From NCBI GenBank assembly GCA_016715425.1, contig JADKAC010000002.1, forward strand, positions 377,351 to 441,350: a DNA stretch of 64,000 nt, given 5' to 3'. Both the position numbers and the translations under genes were made by a program. Below, piece after piece: positions 37,279-46,774 of the stretch (the stretch's first letter is position 1; each line of letters starts with the position of its first letter). Below the pieces are notes generated by a model. The model did no database searches and was not told where the DNA came from. It saw only the letters and a list, made by a program, of their open reading frames with translations. Source of the DNA: Bacteroidota bacterium. GTDB lineage: Bacteria > Bacteroidota > Bacteroidia > Chitinophagales > BACL12.

Positions 37279-39099
37279 ATGAAAAGTTATCTACGGATAT
37301 TAAAAATAGCTGTGCGCTACAGACGATATGCATTTTTGAATTTGATGTTTAATATTCTTTACGCCATTTTCAATTTATTTTCTATCCTTTCTATTATTCC
37401 GTTTTTACAGGTAATTTTTAAAACAGTACAAATACCTGAACAAGAACCAACGCTCACCTGGAATGTGAAATCTGCACTCAATTTTTTTAATTACAAATTC
37501 GGAAATTATGTAGCTGAAAATGGAGAAGCGTCAGGACTGATAATTATATGTACTTTCATAATTATCATTTTTCTACTGAAGAATATTTGCCGCTATATGG
37601 CTTTATATTTTATTGCCCCATTGCGCAATGGTGTAGTCCGTGATCTGCGTCAAAGCATTTATGATAAAGTAATTTTATTACCTCTTGCTTTTTTCAGCGA
37701 AAAGAAAAAAGGCGACATCATTGCTCGCATGACAACGGATGTGAATGAAATTGAATGGAGCATTATGAGTACAATTGAATCCACTTTTCGGGATCCGATA
37801 ACGATGATATTCTTTTTTATCGCAATGATTTTATTGAGTTTTCAATTAACCATTTTTGTAATTATCCTATTACCGATTACCGCTTTAATAATTGGTGTAA
37901 TTGGTAAATCATTGAAACGTAAATCAAAGAAATCGCAGGATCAACTTGGGTTGTTACTATCTATTATTGAAGAAACACTTGGTGGATTAAGAATTATAAA
38001 AGCATTTAATGCAGAACGCTATCAAAAGGGAAAGTTTTTAAGGGAGAATCGTTTGTATGCAAATTTGCAAACGTCGGTGTTTAACAGACGGGATTTATCA
38101 TCGCCACTTTCAGAGGTATTGGCAATTATTGTAGTGGCAGTGATTTTATGGTTTGGTGGACAAATGGTTTTGGATGGTGAAAATAATCTTAGCGGTGAAA
38201 TGTTTATCGGCTACATATTGATATTTGCCAACTTAATTAATCCTGCAAAATCTCTTGCAAATACTTATTATCATATTCAACGTGGTATCGCTTCTTTGGA
38301 GAGAGTAGAAACAATTCTGGATGCGCCGCTTGATATTAAAGAGAATATTGATGCGGTGAGTTTAAAAAGTTTTAATGGCGATATAATTTATAATGATGTG
38401 GGGTTTTGTTATGATAATGATGTGGCAGTTTTAAAGAATATCAATTTTAAAATAACAAAGGGTAGCATGACGGCAATAGTGGGACCATCGGGTTCGGGTA
38501 AATCTACGTTGGTGGATTTGTTGCCACGATTTCATGATGCTACTTCAGGAGAGATTTTAATTGATGGACATAACTTAAAAAACATTCGAATTTCGAGTAT
38601 CCGGAATCTATTGGGGATAGTAACTCAAGAGTCAATTTTATTTAATGATACTGTATTTAATAATATTGCTTTTGGAGTTGACAATCCGGATTCGGAGGCG
38701 GTAATACGGGCGGCGAAGGTGGCGAATGCCTACGATTTTATTATGCGATTAGAGAATGGTTTCGATAGCATAATTGGTGATAGGGGAAGTAAACTGAGTG
38801 GTGGTGAGCGGCAGCGATTAACTATTGCAAGGGCGATATTTAAAAACCCACCAATTCTAATTTTGGATGAGGCTACTTCTTCATTAGATACGGAATCAGA
38901 AAAGTTAGTGCAGGATGCACTGTTTAAACTGATGCGCAACCGCACTTCTATTGTAATTGCACACAGACTTTCTACTATTCAATATGCGGATGATATAATA
39001 GTGATGCAGGAAGGGAGGATAGTGGAACGAGGAAATCATCATGCGCTAATAGGTAAAAATGGGCTGTATGCAAGATTGGTAGAGATGCAGGCTTTTTGA
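37279..39099 (+). CDS. ABC transporter permease/ATPase fusion (MsbA-like exporter)
   Basis: Six-TM domain, then Walker A GPSGSGKST, signature LSGGERQR and Walker B ILILDEATS. Start at ATG 37279 (MKSYLRILK). Confidence 0.92.
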   Translation: MKSYLRILKIAVRYRRYAFLNLMFNILYAIFNLFSILSIIPFLQVIFKTVQIPEQEPTLTWNVKSALNFFNYKFGNYVAENGEASGLIIICTFIIIIFLLKNICRYMALYFIAPLRNGVVRDLRQSIYDKVILLPLAFFSEKKKGDIIARMTTDVNEIEWSIMSTIESTFRDPITMIFFFIAMILLSFQLTIFVIILLPITALIIGVIGKSLKRKSKKSQDQLGLLLSIIEETLGGLRIIKAFNAERYQKGKFLRENRLYANLQTSVFNRRDLSSPLSEVLAIIVVAVILWFGGQMVLDGENNLSGEMFIGYILIFANLINPAKSLANTYYHIQRGIASLERVETILDAPLDIKENIDAVSLKSFNGDIIYNDVGFCYDNDVAVLKNINFKITKGSMTAIVGPSGSGKSTLVDLLPRFHDATSGEILIDGHNLKNIRISSIRNLLGIVTQESILFNDTVFNNIAFGVDNPDSEAVIRAAKVANAYDFIMRLENGFDSIIGDRGSKLSGGERQRLTIARAIFKNPPILILDEATSSLDTESEKLVQDALFKLMRNRTSIVIAHRLSTIQYADDIIVMQEGRIVERGNHHALIGKNGLYARLVEMQAF

Positions 39100-39201
39100 A
39101 TGTTCACATTGATACTACTACAAAGAATCTTTTTTCTCTTAAAGAATAAGAGGAGTTAGAAAAAACTTTTTAATCTTTCAATTATTTTCTACATTCGAAG
39201 T

Positions 39202-39909
39202 GTGAACTTCCCCTTAAAAGTATTTATACCGATTCGTGATCTTATGTATCCGCATTTATGCATGGCATGCGATAATTTATTAAGTGCGGGAGAAGAATTT
39301 ATTTGCATTGCCTGCCGGATGCAATTACCTAAAACAGATTACCATACTTTTTTTGATAATCCGGTTGCAAAACATTTTATGGGAAAATTTCCATTTGAAG
39401 GAGCCACCGGAATGTTTCATTTTAATAAGTCGAGCCATATTCAAAAATTACTACATAATCTAAAGTATAAACATCAGCCGGAAGTAGGTAAAGTGTTAGG
39501 GCAGATTATGGGTAATGCATTCATTACAACATCGCCTTATAATACAATTGATTTTATTATTCCAGTTCCACTGCATCCAATGAAACAAGAACAAAGAGGA
39601 TATAATCAAAGTACAATGATAGCGATGGGTATTGCAGATGTGATGCATATCCCGGTATTAGAAAATGCTTTGCTGCGCACTGCATATACCGGCACACAAA
39701 CCAAAAAAAGCAGAATGGAGCGATGGGAAAATGTGAAAGAAAAATTTGCAGCGAATCCAAAATATATAGCAGAGTTAAGCAGCAAACATTTATTGTTAAT
39801 TGATGATGTGATTACTACCGGCTCAACTCTGGAATCATGTGCAATGCAATTATTGCGAATACCGGAAATTAAAATCAGCATTGCTGCCGCCGCACATGCA
39901 GAATATTAA
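39202..39909 (+). CDS. ComF family phosphoribosyltransferase-domain protein
   Basis: N-terminal Cys pairs (CMAC..CIAC) and PRPP motif LLLIDDVITTGSTLE. Confidence 0.85.
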   Translation: MNFPLKVFIPIRDLMYPHLCMACDNLLSAGEEFICIACRMQLPKTDYHTFFDNPVAKHFMGKFPFEGATGMFHFNKSSHIQKLLHNLKYKHQPEVGKVLGQIMGNAFITTSPYNTIDFIIPVPLHPMKQEQRGYNQSTMIAMGIADVMHIPVLENALLRTAYTGTQTKKSRMERWENVKEKFAANPKYIAELSSKHLLLIDDVITTGSTLESCAMQLLRIPEIKISIAAAAHAEY

Positions 39910-39983
39910 ACACATGCAGAATATTAAAGAAGTATTAAATTTAAGTTTAGAAGTCAATTAATTAACCGTAAAAAAAACCTGTT

Positions 39984-40559
39984 ATGAAAAAATTAAAAGT
40001 GTTATTAGTAATGTTAAGCTTAAGCCTTGGGATAAACACATTTGCCCAACAACCTACAGAAGCTGAAATGGCCACAATGATGGAAAATATTTCGCCGGGT
40101 GATGTACAAAAATTTATGGCGAAAAGTGTGGGGGAATGGACGGCAATAATGAAAATGTATATGGACCCTTCGCAACCGCCGATGGAATCCACTACAAAAA
40201 TTAAAGAAGAACTGATTTTGGGCGGTAGATATCTTGTTGGAAAATATACTGGCAACATGATGGGGATGCCTTTTGAAGGAATGAGTACAATGGCGTATGA
40301 TAATGGTGTTAACAAGTTTTATAGTTCATGGATAGATAACATGAGTACTGGTATGACACAAATGCAAGGCTATTGGAAAGTACCCAATAAAGTGATTGAA
40401 CTATTTGGAGTAAGTCAGGACCCAATGCAAGGAACGGAAATTACTATGCGACAAACCATTGAGTTTGTAGATGATAATACGCAAAAGATGACGATGTATA
40501 TGGTGCACGACGGTATCGAAATGAAAAGTATTGAAATAGTGGCTACTCGCATTAAGTAG
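39984..40559 (+). CDS. DUF1579-like secreted protein
   Basis: Signal peptide. Met-rich lipocalin-like pattern (GEWTAIMKMYMDP..., ELILGGRYLVGKYTG) resembling DUF1579. Confidence 0.65.
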   Translation: MKKLKVLLVMLSLSLGINTFAQQPTEAEMATMMENISPGDVQKFMAKSVGEWTAIMKMYMDPSQPPMESTTKIKEELILGGRYLVGKYTGNMMGMPFEGMSTMAYDNGVNKFYSSWIDNMSTGMTQMQGYWKVPNKVIELFGVSQDPMQGTEITMRQTIEFVDDNTQKMTMYMVHDGIEMKSIEIVATRIK

Positions 40560-40578
40560 TGAATTGAACAAGAAAATG

Positions 40579-40610
40579 AAAACCTGTATTAATGAATGCA
40601 GGTTTTTTTT
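40579..40610 (+). terminator. intrinsic terminator after the DUF1579 gene
   Basis: Stem AACCTGTA / TGCAGGTT (one G.T pair) followed by an 8-T run. Confidence 0.7.
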
Positions 40611-40645
40611 GGCTATAAAACTTATTTAGAATCGGTCTTGTTAAG

Positions 40646-40653
40646 TAACTTTG
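40646..40653 (+). promoter_or_regulatory. candidate -7 box (TAACTTTG) for the nfu gene
   Basis: Exact TAnnTTTG, 20 nt upstream of the ATG at 40674. Confidence 0.45.
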
Positions 40654-40673
40654 AAACAATAAATAATCATAAG

Positions 40674-41255
40674 ATGAGCAATGCAATAATAAGTATCTAT
40701 ACGGAAGCGACACCGAATCCGGACAGTTTGAAGTTTGTAATGAATAAAATGCTGCTAAGTGGACGGAGTGCAGATTTTGAAAGAGGCGATGATGTGTCGT
40801 ACGCACCCTTGGCGGAAGCGATGTTTAATGAATTTGATTATGTGAAGGGTGTGTTTGTGATGAACAACTTTGTAACAGTGCGCAAGAATATGGAAATGGA
40901 ATGGTTTGAGATAAAGAGCAAGGTGAGTGAATTTATCCGCAACTGGGTGGTGGAAGGCAAGGAAGTGGTGGGAGAAATTCCGGTGGCTGAAGCAACTGGT
41001 GAACCTATGGAAAGCGATGCAGTAATAGAAAAGATTAAACTGATGCTGGATCAATATGTGAAGCCGGCTGTGGAAATGGATGGCGGTGCAATTCAATTTA
41101 AATCGTTTGATGCGGGTGTGGTAACGCTGATGTTGCAAGGTTCATGTAGTGGATGCCCTTCGAGCAGCATTACATTAAAGTCGGGGATTGAGGGGTTATT
41201 AAAACGGATGGTTCCGGAAGTGAAAGAAGTGGTGGCGATGGATGAGATGATGTGA
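40674..41255 (+). CDS. NifU/Nfu-type Fe-S cluster assembly protein (Nfu_N + NifU C-domain)
   Basis: TEATPNPDSLKF N-domain and the C-domain motif GSCSGCPSS. Confidence 0.88.
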   Translation: MSNAIISIYTEATPNPDSLKFVMNKMLLSGRSADFERGDDVSYAPLAEAMFNEFDYVKGVFVMNNFVTVRKNMEMEWFEIKSKVSEFIRNWVVEGKEVVGEIPVAEATGEPMESDAVIEKIKLMLDQYVKPAVEMDGGAIQFKSFDAGVVTLMLQGSCSGCPSSSITLKSGIEGLLKRMVPEVKEVVAMDEMM

Positions 41256-41284
41256 GTTAATTTTTAAAAAAAATATAATTAGAG

Positions 41285-41315
41285 ATGCTGCACAATTGAG
41301 TGCGGCATTTTTTTA
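41285..41315 (+). terminator. intrinsic terminator after nfu
   Basis: Stem ATGCTGCA / TGCGGCAT (one G.T pair) plus a T-run that overlaps the rlmN stop codon. Confidence 0.65.
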
Positions 41316-42350
41316 TCTATTCGCCAATTGCCCGCAAGCGGCATCAATATCTTTACCTCTGCTGCGGCGCACTCTGGCTACGATATCGTGCTTTTCTAAA
41401 TAGGCAATAAATCGTTCCCGCTGCTCTTCTTTTGATTTGTGATAATCGGCTTGTGCAATCGGATTGTATTCAATGATATTTACTTTGGCAGGAACACGGC
41501 GACAAAGTTTTACAAGATTTTTTGCATCTTCCATTGTTTCATTTATGCCATCGAATAAAATATATTCAAACGTGATTTTATTTTTCGTTTTCGAATAGAA
41601 ATAATTTAATGCTTCAATCAGTGTTGCTAAATTATTTGCATCATTAATCGGCATCAGCGCACTGCGTTTTATATCGTCGGGTGCATGTAGTGAAAGTGCA
41701 AGATTAAATTTCACATTATCATCACCTAATTTCTTAATCATTTTTGCAAGACCTGCTGTGCTGACAGTAATCCGTTTCGGCGACATTGCCAATCCATTTT
41801 CTGCAGTAATGCGTTCTACAGAATCAATTACATTTTTATAATTCAACAGCGGTTCACCCATTCCCATATACACAATATTGCTCAGCGGTTTTGCATGATG
41901 CTCCATTGCTTTTTGATGCATGGCAACTACCTGATCATAAATTTCATAATGCTCCAGATTGCGTTTCATTTTCATAAATCCTGTTGCACAAAATTTACAT
42001 CCGAGATTACAACCCACCTGACTGGATACGCATGCAGTCATTCTTTCATCGGCAGGAATTAAAACACTTTCAATAAAATGTCCGTCGTGCAATTTAAATC
42101 TGCACTTCACTGTTCCATCTGCACTTTTTTGTTCCAGATCAAGAGTTATTGGAAAAATTGAAAAATCATTTTCCAACTTTTCTCTCAGTGCTTTTGGAAT
42201 ATTACTCATCGCATCAAAGGTGTGTGCAAATTTTTGCCAGAGCCAACTATACACCTGCCCTGCTCTATACTTAGGTTGTCTCCATTCTGCAAATAATGTT
42301 TCCATTTCTGCTAATGATAAATTGCGAATTGCTTGTTTAGTGTCGGACAT
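41313..42350 (-). CDS. rlmN: 23S rRNA/tRNA adenine-C2 methyltransferase (radical SAM)
   Basis: Radical SAM motif CNLGCKFCATG, MGMGEPL and the C-terminal GKDIDAACGQL. Start at ATG 42350 (MSDTKQ). Confidence 0.93.
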   Translation of the reverse strand: MSDTKQAIRNLSLAEMETLFAEWRQPKYRAGQVYSWLWQKFAHTFDAMSNIPKALREKLENDFSIFPITLDLEQKSADGTVKCRFKLHDGHFIESVLIPADERMTACVSSQVGCNLGCKFCATGFMKMKRNLEHYEIYDQVVAMHQKAMEHHAKPLSNIVYMGMGEPLLNYKNVIDSVERITAENGLAMSPKRITVSTAGLAKMIKKLGDDNVKFNLALSLHAPDDIKRSALMPINDANNLATLIEALNYFYSKTKNKITFEYILFDGINETMEDAKNLVKLCRRVPAKVNIIEYNPIAQADYHKSKEEQRERFIAYLEKHDIVARVRRSRGKDIDAACGQLANR

Positions 42351-42355
42351 CTTTG

Positions 42356-42363
42356 CAAAGATA
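42356..42363 (-). promoter_or_regulatory. candidate -7 box (TATCTTTG) for rlmN
   Basis: Exact TAnnTTTG on the minus strand, only 5 nt upstream of the ATG. Embedded in the palindrome CTTTGCAAAG. Confidence 0.4.
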
Positions 42364-42401
42364 CATTGGAGGAGGTGGCTACAACTACAATTGTTTTTTA
42401 T

Positions 42402-42409
42402 TACTTTTG
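42402..42409 (+). promoter_or_regulatory. candidate -7 box (TACTTTTG) for the porP/sprF-family gene
   Basis: Exact TAnnTTTG, 36 nt upstream of the ATG at 42446. Confidence 0.4.
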
Positions 42410-42445
42410 GTAGGCAAACCCGAAACAAAAATAAAATGATACAGC

Positions 42446-43477
42446 ATGAAGAAAATCTTTACTCTCTTTATTTCTATCGGTATTTTGATTTCAGTTAAAG
42501 CGCAGGATATTCACTTTTCGCAATTCTATGCTTCGCCTCTCACATTAAATCCCGCAAACGTGGGAGTGTTTAATGGCAACATTCGTGGCGTATTAAATTA
42601 TCGCAGTCAATGGACATCTTTTGCACCTTTCAATACGTTTGCAGGCTCTGTGGATATGAACTTTGGTCAGAATATTTTGAATGATGATCTATTTGGTTTT
42701 GGTGTAAACTTTTTTTCTGATAAAGCAGGTGATGCCGATTTTTCTACGCAACAGGTAAATGTTTCATTCGGTTATATCAAAACATTGGGTAAACGATTTT
42801 CAAGAAGTTATTTATCCATGGGATTTCAGGGTGGTATTGCACAACGCAGTCTTGATTATGCAGCACTTACTTTCGGAAGTCAATACAATGGTTATGAATA
42901 TGATCCTTCAATGCCGAATGGTGAAACAATTGGTTTTGATAGTTTTTCATTCTTAGATCTATCCGGCGGTGTTTCTTATTTGTTTGTTCCGAAGGACAGA
43001 TTAAATCTGTTGATGGGAATTGCATTCTATCATGTGAATACACCCAACATGTCTTTTAGTGGTTCCGATAAGGATAATTTGTACATGAAGATTTCAGGAA
43101 ATATCGGCGCACAAATTCCTGTAGCTGATGCAATAGATATTATACCTTCTGTCTTAGTTTTAAATCAGGGTCCACACAATGAATATAATTTCGGAGTAAG
43201 TTTTAAATATTATTTGAATGAGAAAAGTGTGAATCCTACCTCCTTTTCTTTAGGTGCAATGCAACGGATGGGTAATAGCTCCGGCGGATTAAATTCTGAT
43301 GCTACAATTATTACTGCCCGTTTCGATTATTTAGGTTTTTCTGCAGGACTCAGTTATGATATCAATGTATCTGATTTGCGCAATGCAAGTAATTCATTTG
43401 GTGGACCTGAATTATCAATAGTTTATACAAGTCCGCTACCACATCGTGATCGCAAAGTGGATTGCCCGAGATTTTAA
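42446..43477 (+). CDS. PorP/SprF family type IX secretion system membrane protein
   Basis: Signal peptide, then the hallmark AQDIHFSQFYASPLTLNPA. About 340-aa beta-barrel. Confidence 0.9.
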   Translation: MKKIFTLFISIGILISVKAQDIHFSQFYASPLTLNPANVGVFNGNIRGVLNYRSQWTSFAPFNTFAGSVDMNFGQNILNDDLFGFGVNFFSDKAGDADFSTQQVNVSFGYIKTLGKRFSRSYLSMGFQGGIAQRSLDYAALTFGSQYNGYEYDPSMPNGETIGFDSFSFLDLSGGVSYLFVPKDRLNLLMGIAFYHVNTPNMSFSGSDKDNLYMKISGNIGAQIPVADAIDIIPSVLVLNQGPHNEYNFGVSFKYYLNEKSVNPTSFSLGAMQRMGNSSGGLNSDATIITARFDYLGFSAGLSYDINVSDLRNASNSFGGPELSIVYTSPLPHRDRKVDCPRF

Positions 43478-43506
43478 TTTAGTGTTCCCCCTGAAAATTT
43501 ATATGT

Positions 43507-44184
43507 ATGCATTTTCCCCTGTTTACATTTTTGTTAATAATAAATCTTTCGCTTGCCGCACAAGTGGAATCCACGCAAATCAATAAATTGCCAGGCAATA
43601 ATTTTTTACAGTCGGATTACAGATATCAAAACGGAGAAGAATTGCCGGATACTTATAAAAAAGTTTATACCACTTTTGAAAATGGAGATTCAGTAAAATA
43701 TCTTGAAAAATATCGCTACGATAAAATATGGAGTGTAACCAGATATTTAATCGAGAATGATAAAAATGTATTAAGCGGCTGGCAATGTTTTTTTAATATG
43801 GATGGCACCTTGGAATATGAATTGTTTTGTGAAAATGGAAAAAAGAATTGCAAAAAAATGAGGCGTTATGCATGGTATCCCGGTGGACAATTATTGGCAA
43901 TCGGCAATTATTATAAAAGTAAACCGGAAGGTTCGTATTACTATTATTATTCTAACGGACAGATGCGTCAGCATGCGTTTTATGAAAAAGGAAAATTTAT
44001 GGAAGTACTCGCTTATTATGATCAGGATGGAAATGCAGTAGATGCAGGAACAATTTGTAATGGCGAAGGTATGGCAAATGTGTATTCCGTAGATGGAGTA
44101 TTAATTCAGGTAAAATCTTTTTCTAATGGTAAAATACGTAAAACTGTAACGCTTGGTACTCCGGAAAATCAAAACATACATTGA
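43507..44184 (+). CDS. secreted MORN-variant (YwqK-like) repeat protein
   Basis: Signal peptide. Repeats of the form Y..NG.....Y..G (YYYSNGQMRQHAFYEKGKFMEVLAYYDQDGN). Confidence 0.65.
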   Translation: MHFPLFTFLLIINLSLAAQVESTQINKLPGNNFLQSDYRYQNGEELPDTYKKVYTTFENGDSVKYLEKYRYDKIWSVTRYLIENDKNVLSGWQCFFNMDGTLEYELFCENGKKNCKKMRRYAWYPGGQLLAIGNYYKSKPEGSYYYYYSNGQMRQHAFYEKGKFMEVLAYYDQDGNAVDAGTICNGEGMANVYSVDGVLIQVKSFSNGKIRKTVTLGTPENQNIH

Positions 44185-44951
44185 TTGCCATTTTTCTCTA
44201 ACCATTTTTCTGCTTTCGAATAATCAGGTTTTACAGACTCTACTAATTTCCAAAATTTATCTGAATGATTATGCTCTACCAAATGTGCTAATTCATGAAT
44301 TAAAATATAATCCATAACGTCTTGTGGTGCGAATAATAAACGGGATGAAATACTGATATGTCCGTCATAAGAACAACTGCCCCAGTTAGTCGCATTATTG
44401 CGGAGCGTAACACGTTTTATTTTTTTTCCGAAAAATTCATTATTTAATTCATGTAAGCGCTTTTCTATAATTGGAGTAAATGCATTGCCTATCAACCGTG
44501 CTACCAAATATGATTTATGTCGCATTTCTCCAATCGGTTTCATTCCTTCAGATAGCTGCATATGAATAACACCATTTTTTAAATGTGCCGAGCTGCTTTC
44601 CTTCTCGTGATATTCAATTTTAATTTTAAATTCATGACCGGCAATGGAGAAAATATCATCGTTATTATATTGTCGAAATTGGGGAGTTTTAATGTAGAGT
44701 TTATTTTCAACAATATATTTTCTTGCCCATTCAATCAGTGTTTCATATTCCTGCTCACGACGTTTTATATTTAAGTATGCTGCAATACGAATATGAATTC
44801 CTTTAGCGCCAATAGATGCTCTGCAATCATAGCGTTTTTCCAAATAGACAAACACACGGAATTTCTGACCAACAACAGTGATCACCTCTTCCCTTTCCAG
44901 GACTGAATTTGTGCTAACAGATCTACGCCGGTACATTATACACCTCTGCAT
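44169..44951 (-). CDS. YgjP-like (DUF45/M48-type) metal-dependent hydrolase
   Basis: C-terminal HELAHLVEHNHS zinc motif. Overlaps the upstream pepF-type gene end. Confidence 0.8.
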   Translation of the reverse strand: MQRCIMYRRRSVSTNSVLEREEVITVVGQKFRVFVYLEKRYDCRASIGAKGIHIRIAAYLNIKRREQEYETLIEWARKYIVENKLYIKTPQFRQYNNDDIFSIAGHEFKIKIEYHEKESSSAHLKNGVIHMQLSEGMKPIGEMRHKSYLVARLIGNAFTPIIEKRLHELNNEFFGKKIKRVTLRNNATNWGSCSYDGHISISSRLLFAPQDVMDYILIHELAHLVEHNHSDKFWKLVESVKPDYSKAEKWLEKNGNQCMF

Positions 44952-46629
44952 TTACAGCTTTTAACCATTGTGTTACATCATGCATAACCTCTTCCATCAC
45001 CCCGGTTGCAAACGGTGATTTCAGGTCTGCTAATTCTACTAATTCAAGAAATGATTTACTGCCACCTGCTTTACATAATTGCAAGTAATCTGCAAATGCA
45101 TTTTCATGATTTGTGCGTGCTTTTTTCCAGAATTGAAAAGCGCATATTTGTGCTAATGTGTAATCAATATAATAGAATGGTGATTGGAAAATATGGGCTT
45201 GTGTTTGCCACCATCCACCAGTTTCCAAATACGCATTATTTTCATATTTACGCATTGGTAAATATTTTTTTTCAATTGACGTCCATACGTTCTTGCGCTC
45301 TGCAGGAGATAACTCGGGATTGCTGTAAACTACATGCTGAAATTCATCTACCGAAACACCATAGGGTAAAAAGAGAACAGCATCCGCCAAATGCGCATAG
45401 CGATATTTATCCGCTTGTTCTTCAAAAAATAAATCCATCCACGGATAGGTAAAATATTCCATACTCATAGAATGAATTTCCGCAGCATCAGAAGTAGGCC
45501 AATGATATTCATTCACTTCAAAATCACGACAACTAAATACTTGAAATGCATGCCCAACTTCATGAGTCAGTACATCTATATCCGCAGCAGTACCATTAAA
45601 ATTTGAAAATATAAATGGTGCTTTATGATTGGCAATATAGGTGCAATATCCGCCGCCGGCTTTTCCTTTTTTTGCCACAAGATCTAACAATTGATGATTC
45701 ACCATAAATTGCATAAAAGTATTTGTGGCTTCACCTAATTCTGCATACATCTGTTGACCATTTTTTAAAATCCATTGTGCATCTCCTTTAGGTTTTGCAT
45801 TGCCGGATTCAAATACCAAAGCTTCATCGTAGTACATTAAAGATTCTACACCTAATCGCTCCTCTTGTTCTTTGCGCAACATTATTGAAATAGGTACTAC
45901 AAATTGCTGCACTGCTTTGCGGTAATCTTCTACCATCTTCGCATTATAATCTGTACGCAACATTCTGTCGTAACCTAATTGAACAAAATTTTTATAACCC
46001 AATTTTTTTGCAATAGCAGTTCGGATTTTCACCATATCATCAAAAATAGAATCCAAGACATCTGCATTATCTTTTAAAAATCCCCAACGTGCTTCACTGG
46101 CATTTTTACGCATTGCTCTATCTGTTGATCGCATAAAAGGTGCAAGCTCCGATAAGTTTCTTTCTTTCCCTTCAAATAGAATGGAAGCAGATGCCATCAA
46201 CTGCTGATATTTAGTACTTAAAGTATTTTCTTTTATAAGGTCTTCAATAATTGCAGGTGAAAATATTTTTAATGAAAGTGTTGCCAACCGAAATAATTGT
46301 TCTCCAAAAATTTTCTCCAATTCATTTTTAAAATTGGAATTCAATAAGGTTGTATAATAATTATGAATCAGGTTTTCAAAAAGAGGTGAGTGTGTATCAA
46401 AATATTCCTGCTCTGATTTATAAAATTCATCAGTGGTATTTATGGAATGTCGGATGCCACATATTTGCGCCATGCTGTTAAAGCTATTATGCAAAATATA
46501 TACTTTTTTTATTACTGTTGCGGCAGTGTCGGCGCTATCCGCATTTTGCAATTTTTCAAGTAATGTCGTATGCTCGAATTCAATCTGTTTTAAGTCCGGG
46601 CGGTGATAAGGAAATTCTGTGAATGTCAT
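44923..46629 (-). CDS. M3 family oligoendopeptidase (PepF-like)
   Basis: HEVGHAF zinc motif with a downstream Glu region. 568 aa. Confidence 0.88.
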   Translation of the reverse strand: MTFTEFPYHRPDLKQIEFEHTTLLEKLQNADSADTAATVIKKVYILHNSFNSMAQICGIRHSINTTDEFYKSEQEYFDTHSPLFENLIHNYYTTLLNSNFKNELEKIFGEQLFRLATLSLKIFSPAIIEDLIKENTLSTKYQQLMASASILFEGKERNLSELAPFMRSTDRAMRKNASEARWGFLKDNADVLDSIFDDMVKIRTAIAKKLGYKNFVQLGYDRMLRTDYNAKMVEDYRKAVQQFVVPISIMLRKEQEERLGVESLMYYDEALVFESGNAKPKGDAQWILKNGQQMYAELGEATNTFMQFMVNHQLLDLVAKKGKAGGGYCTYIANHKAPFIFSNFNGTAADIDVLTHEVGHAFQVFSCRDFEVNEYHWPTSDAAEIHSMSMEYFTYPWMDLFFEEQADKYRYAHLADAVLFLPYGVSVDEFQHVVYSNPELSPAERKNVWTSIEKKYLPMRKYENNAYLETGGWWQTQAHIFQSPFYYIDYTLAQICAFQFWKKARTNHENAFADYLQLCKAGGSKSFLELVELADLKSPFATGVMEEVMHDVTQWLKAVNAEVYNVPA

Positions 46630-46745
46630 GTGTGTTTATTCAAATAAAGTGTTATGCAAAAATATAATTGAAACCGCATACTAACGCATTTTTATAGCAA
46701 GCATTTTATTGAATTGTATTTAAAAGTTTGCTTAATGCCATTTAG

Positions 46746-46753
46746 TACCTTTG
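46746..46753 (+). promoter_or_regulatory. candidate -7 box (TACCTTTG) for the mevalonate operon
   Basis: Exact TAnnTTTG. It overlaps the TTG at 46751 used by the ORF track, which argues for a downstream start. Confidence 0.4.
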
Positions 46754-46774
46754 CCACTAAATAATTGTATCATT

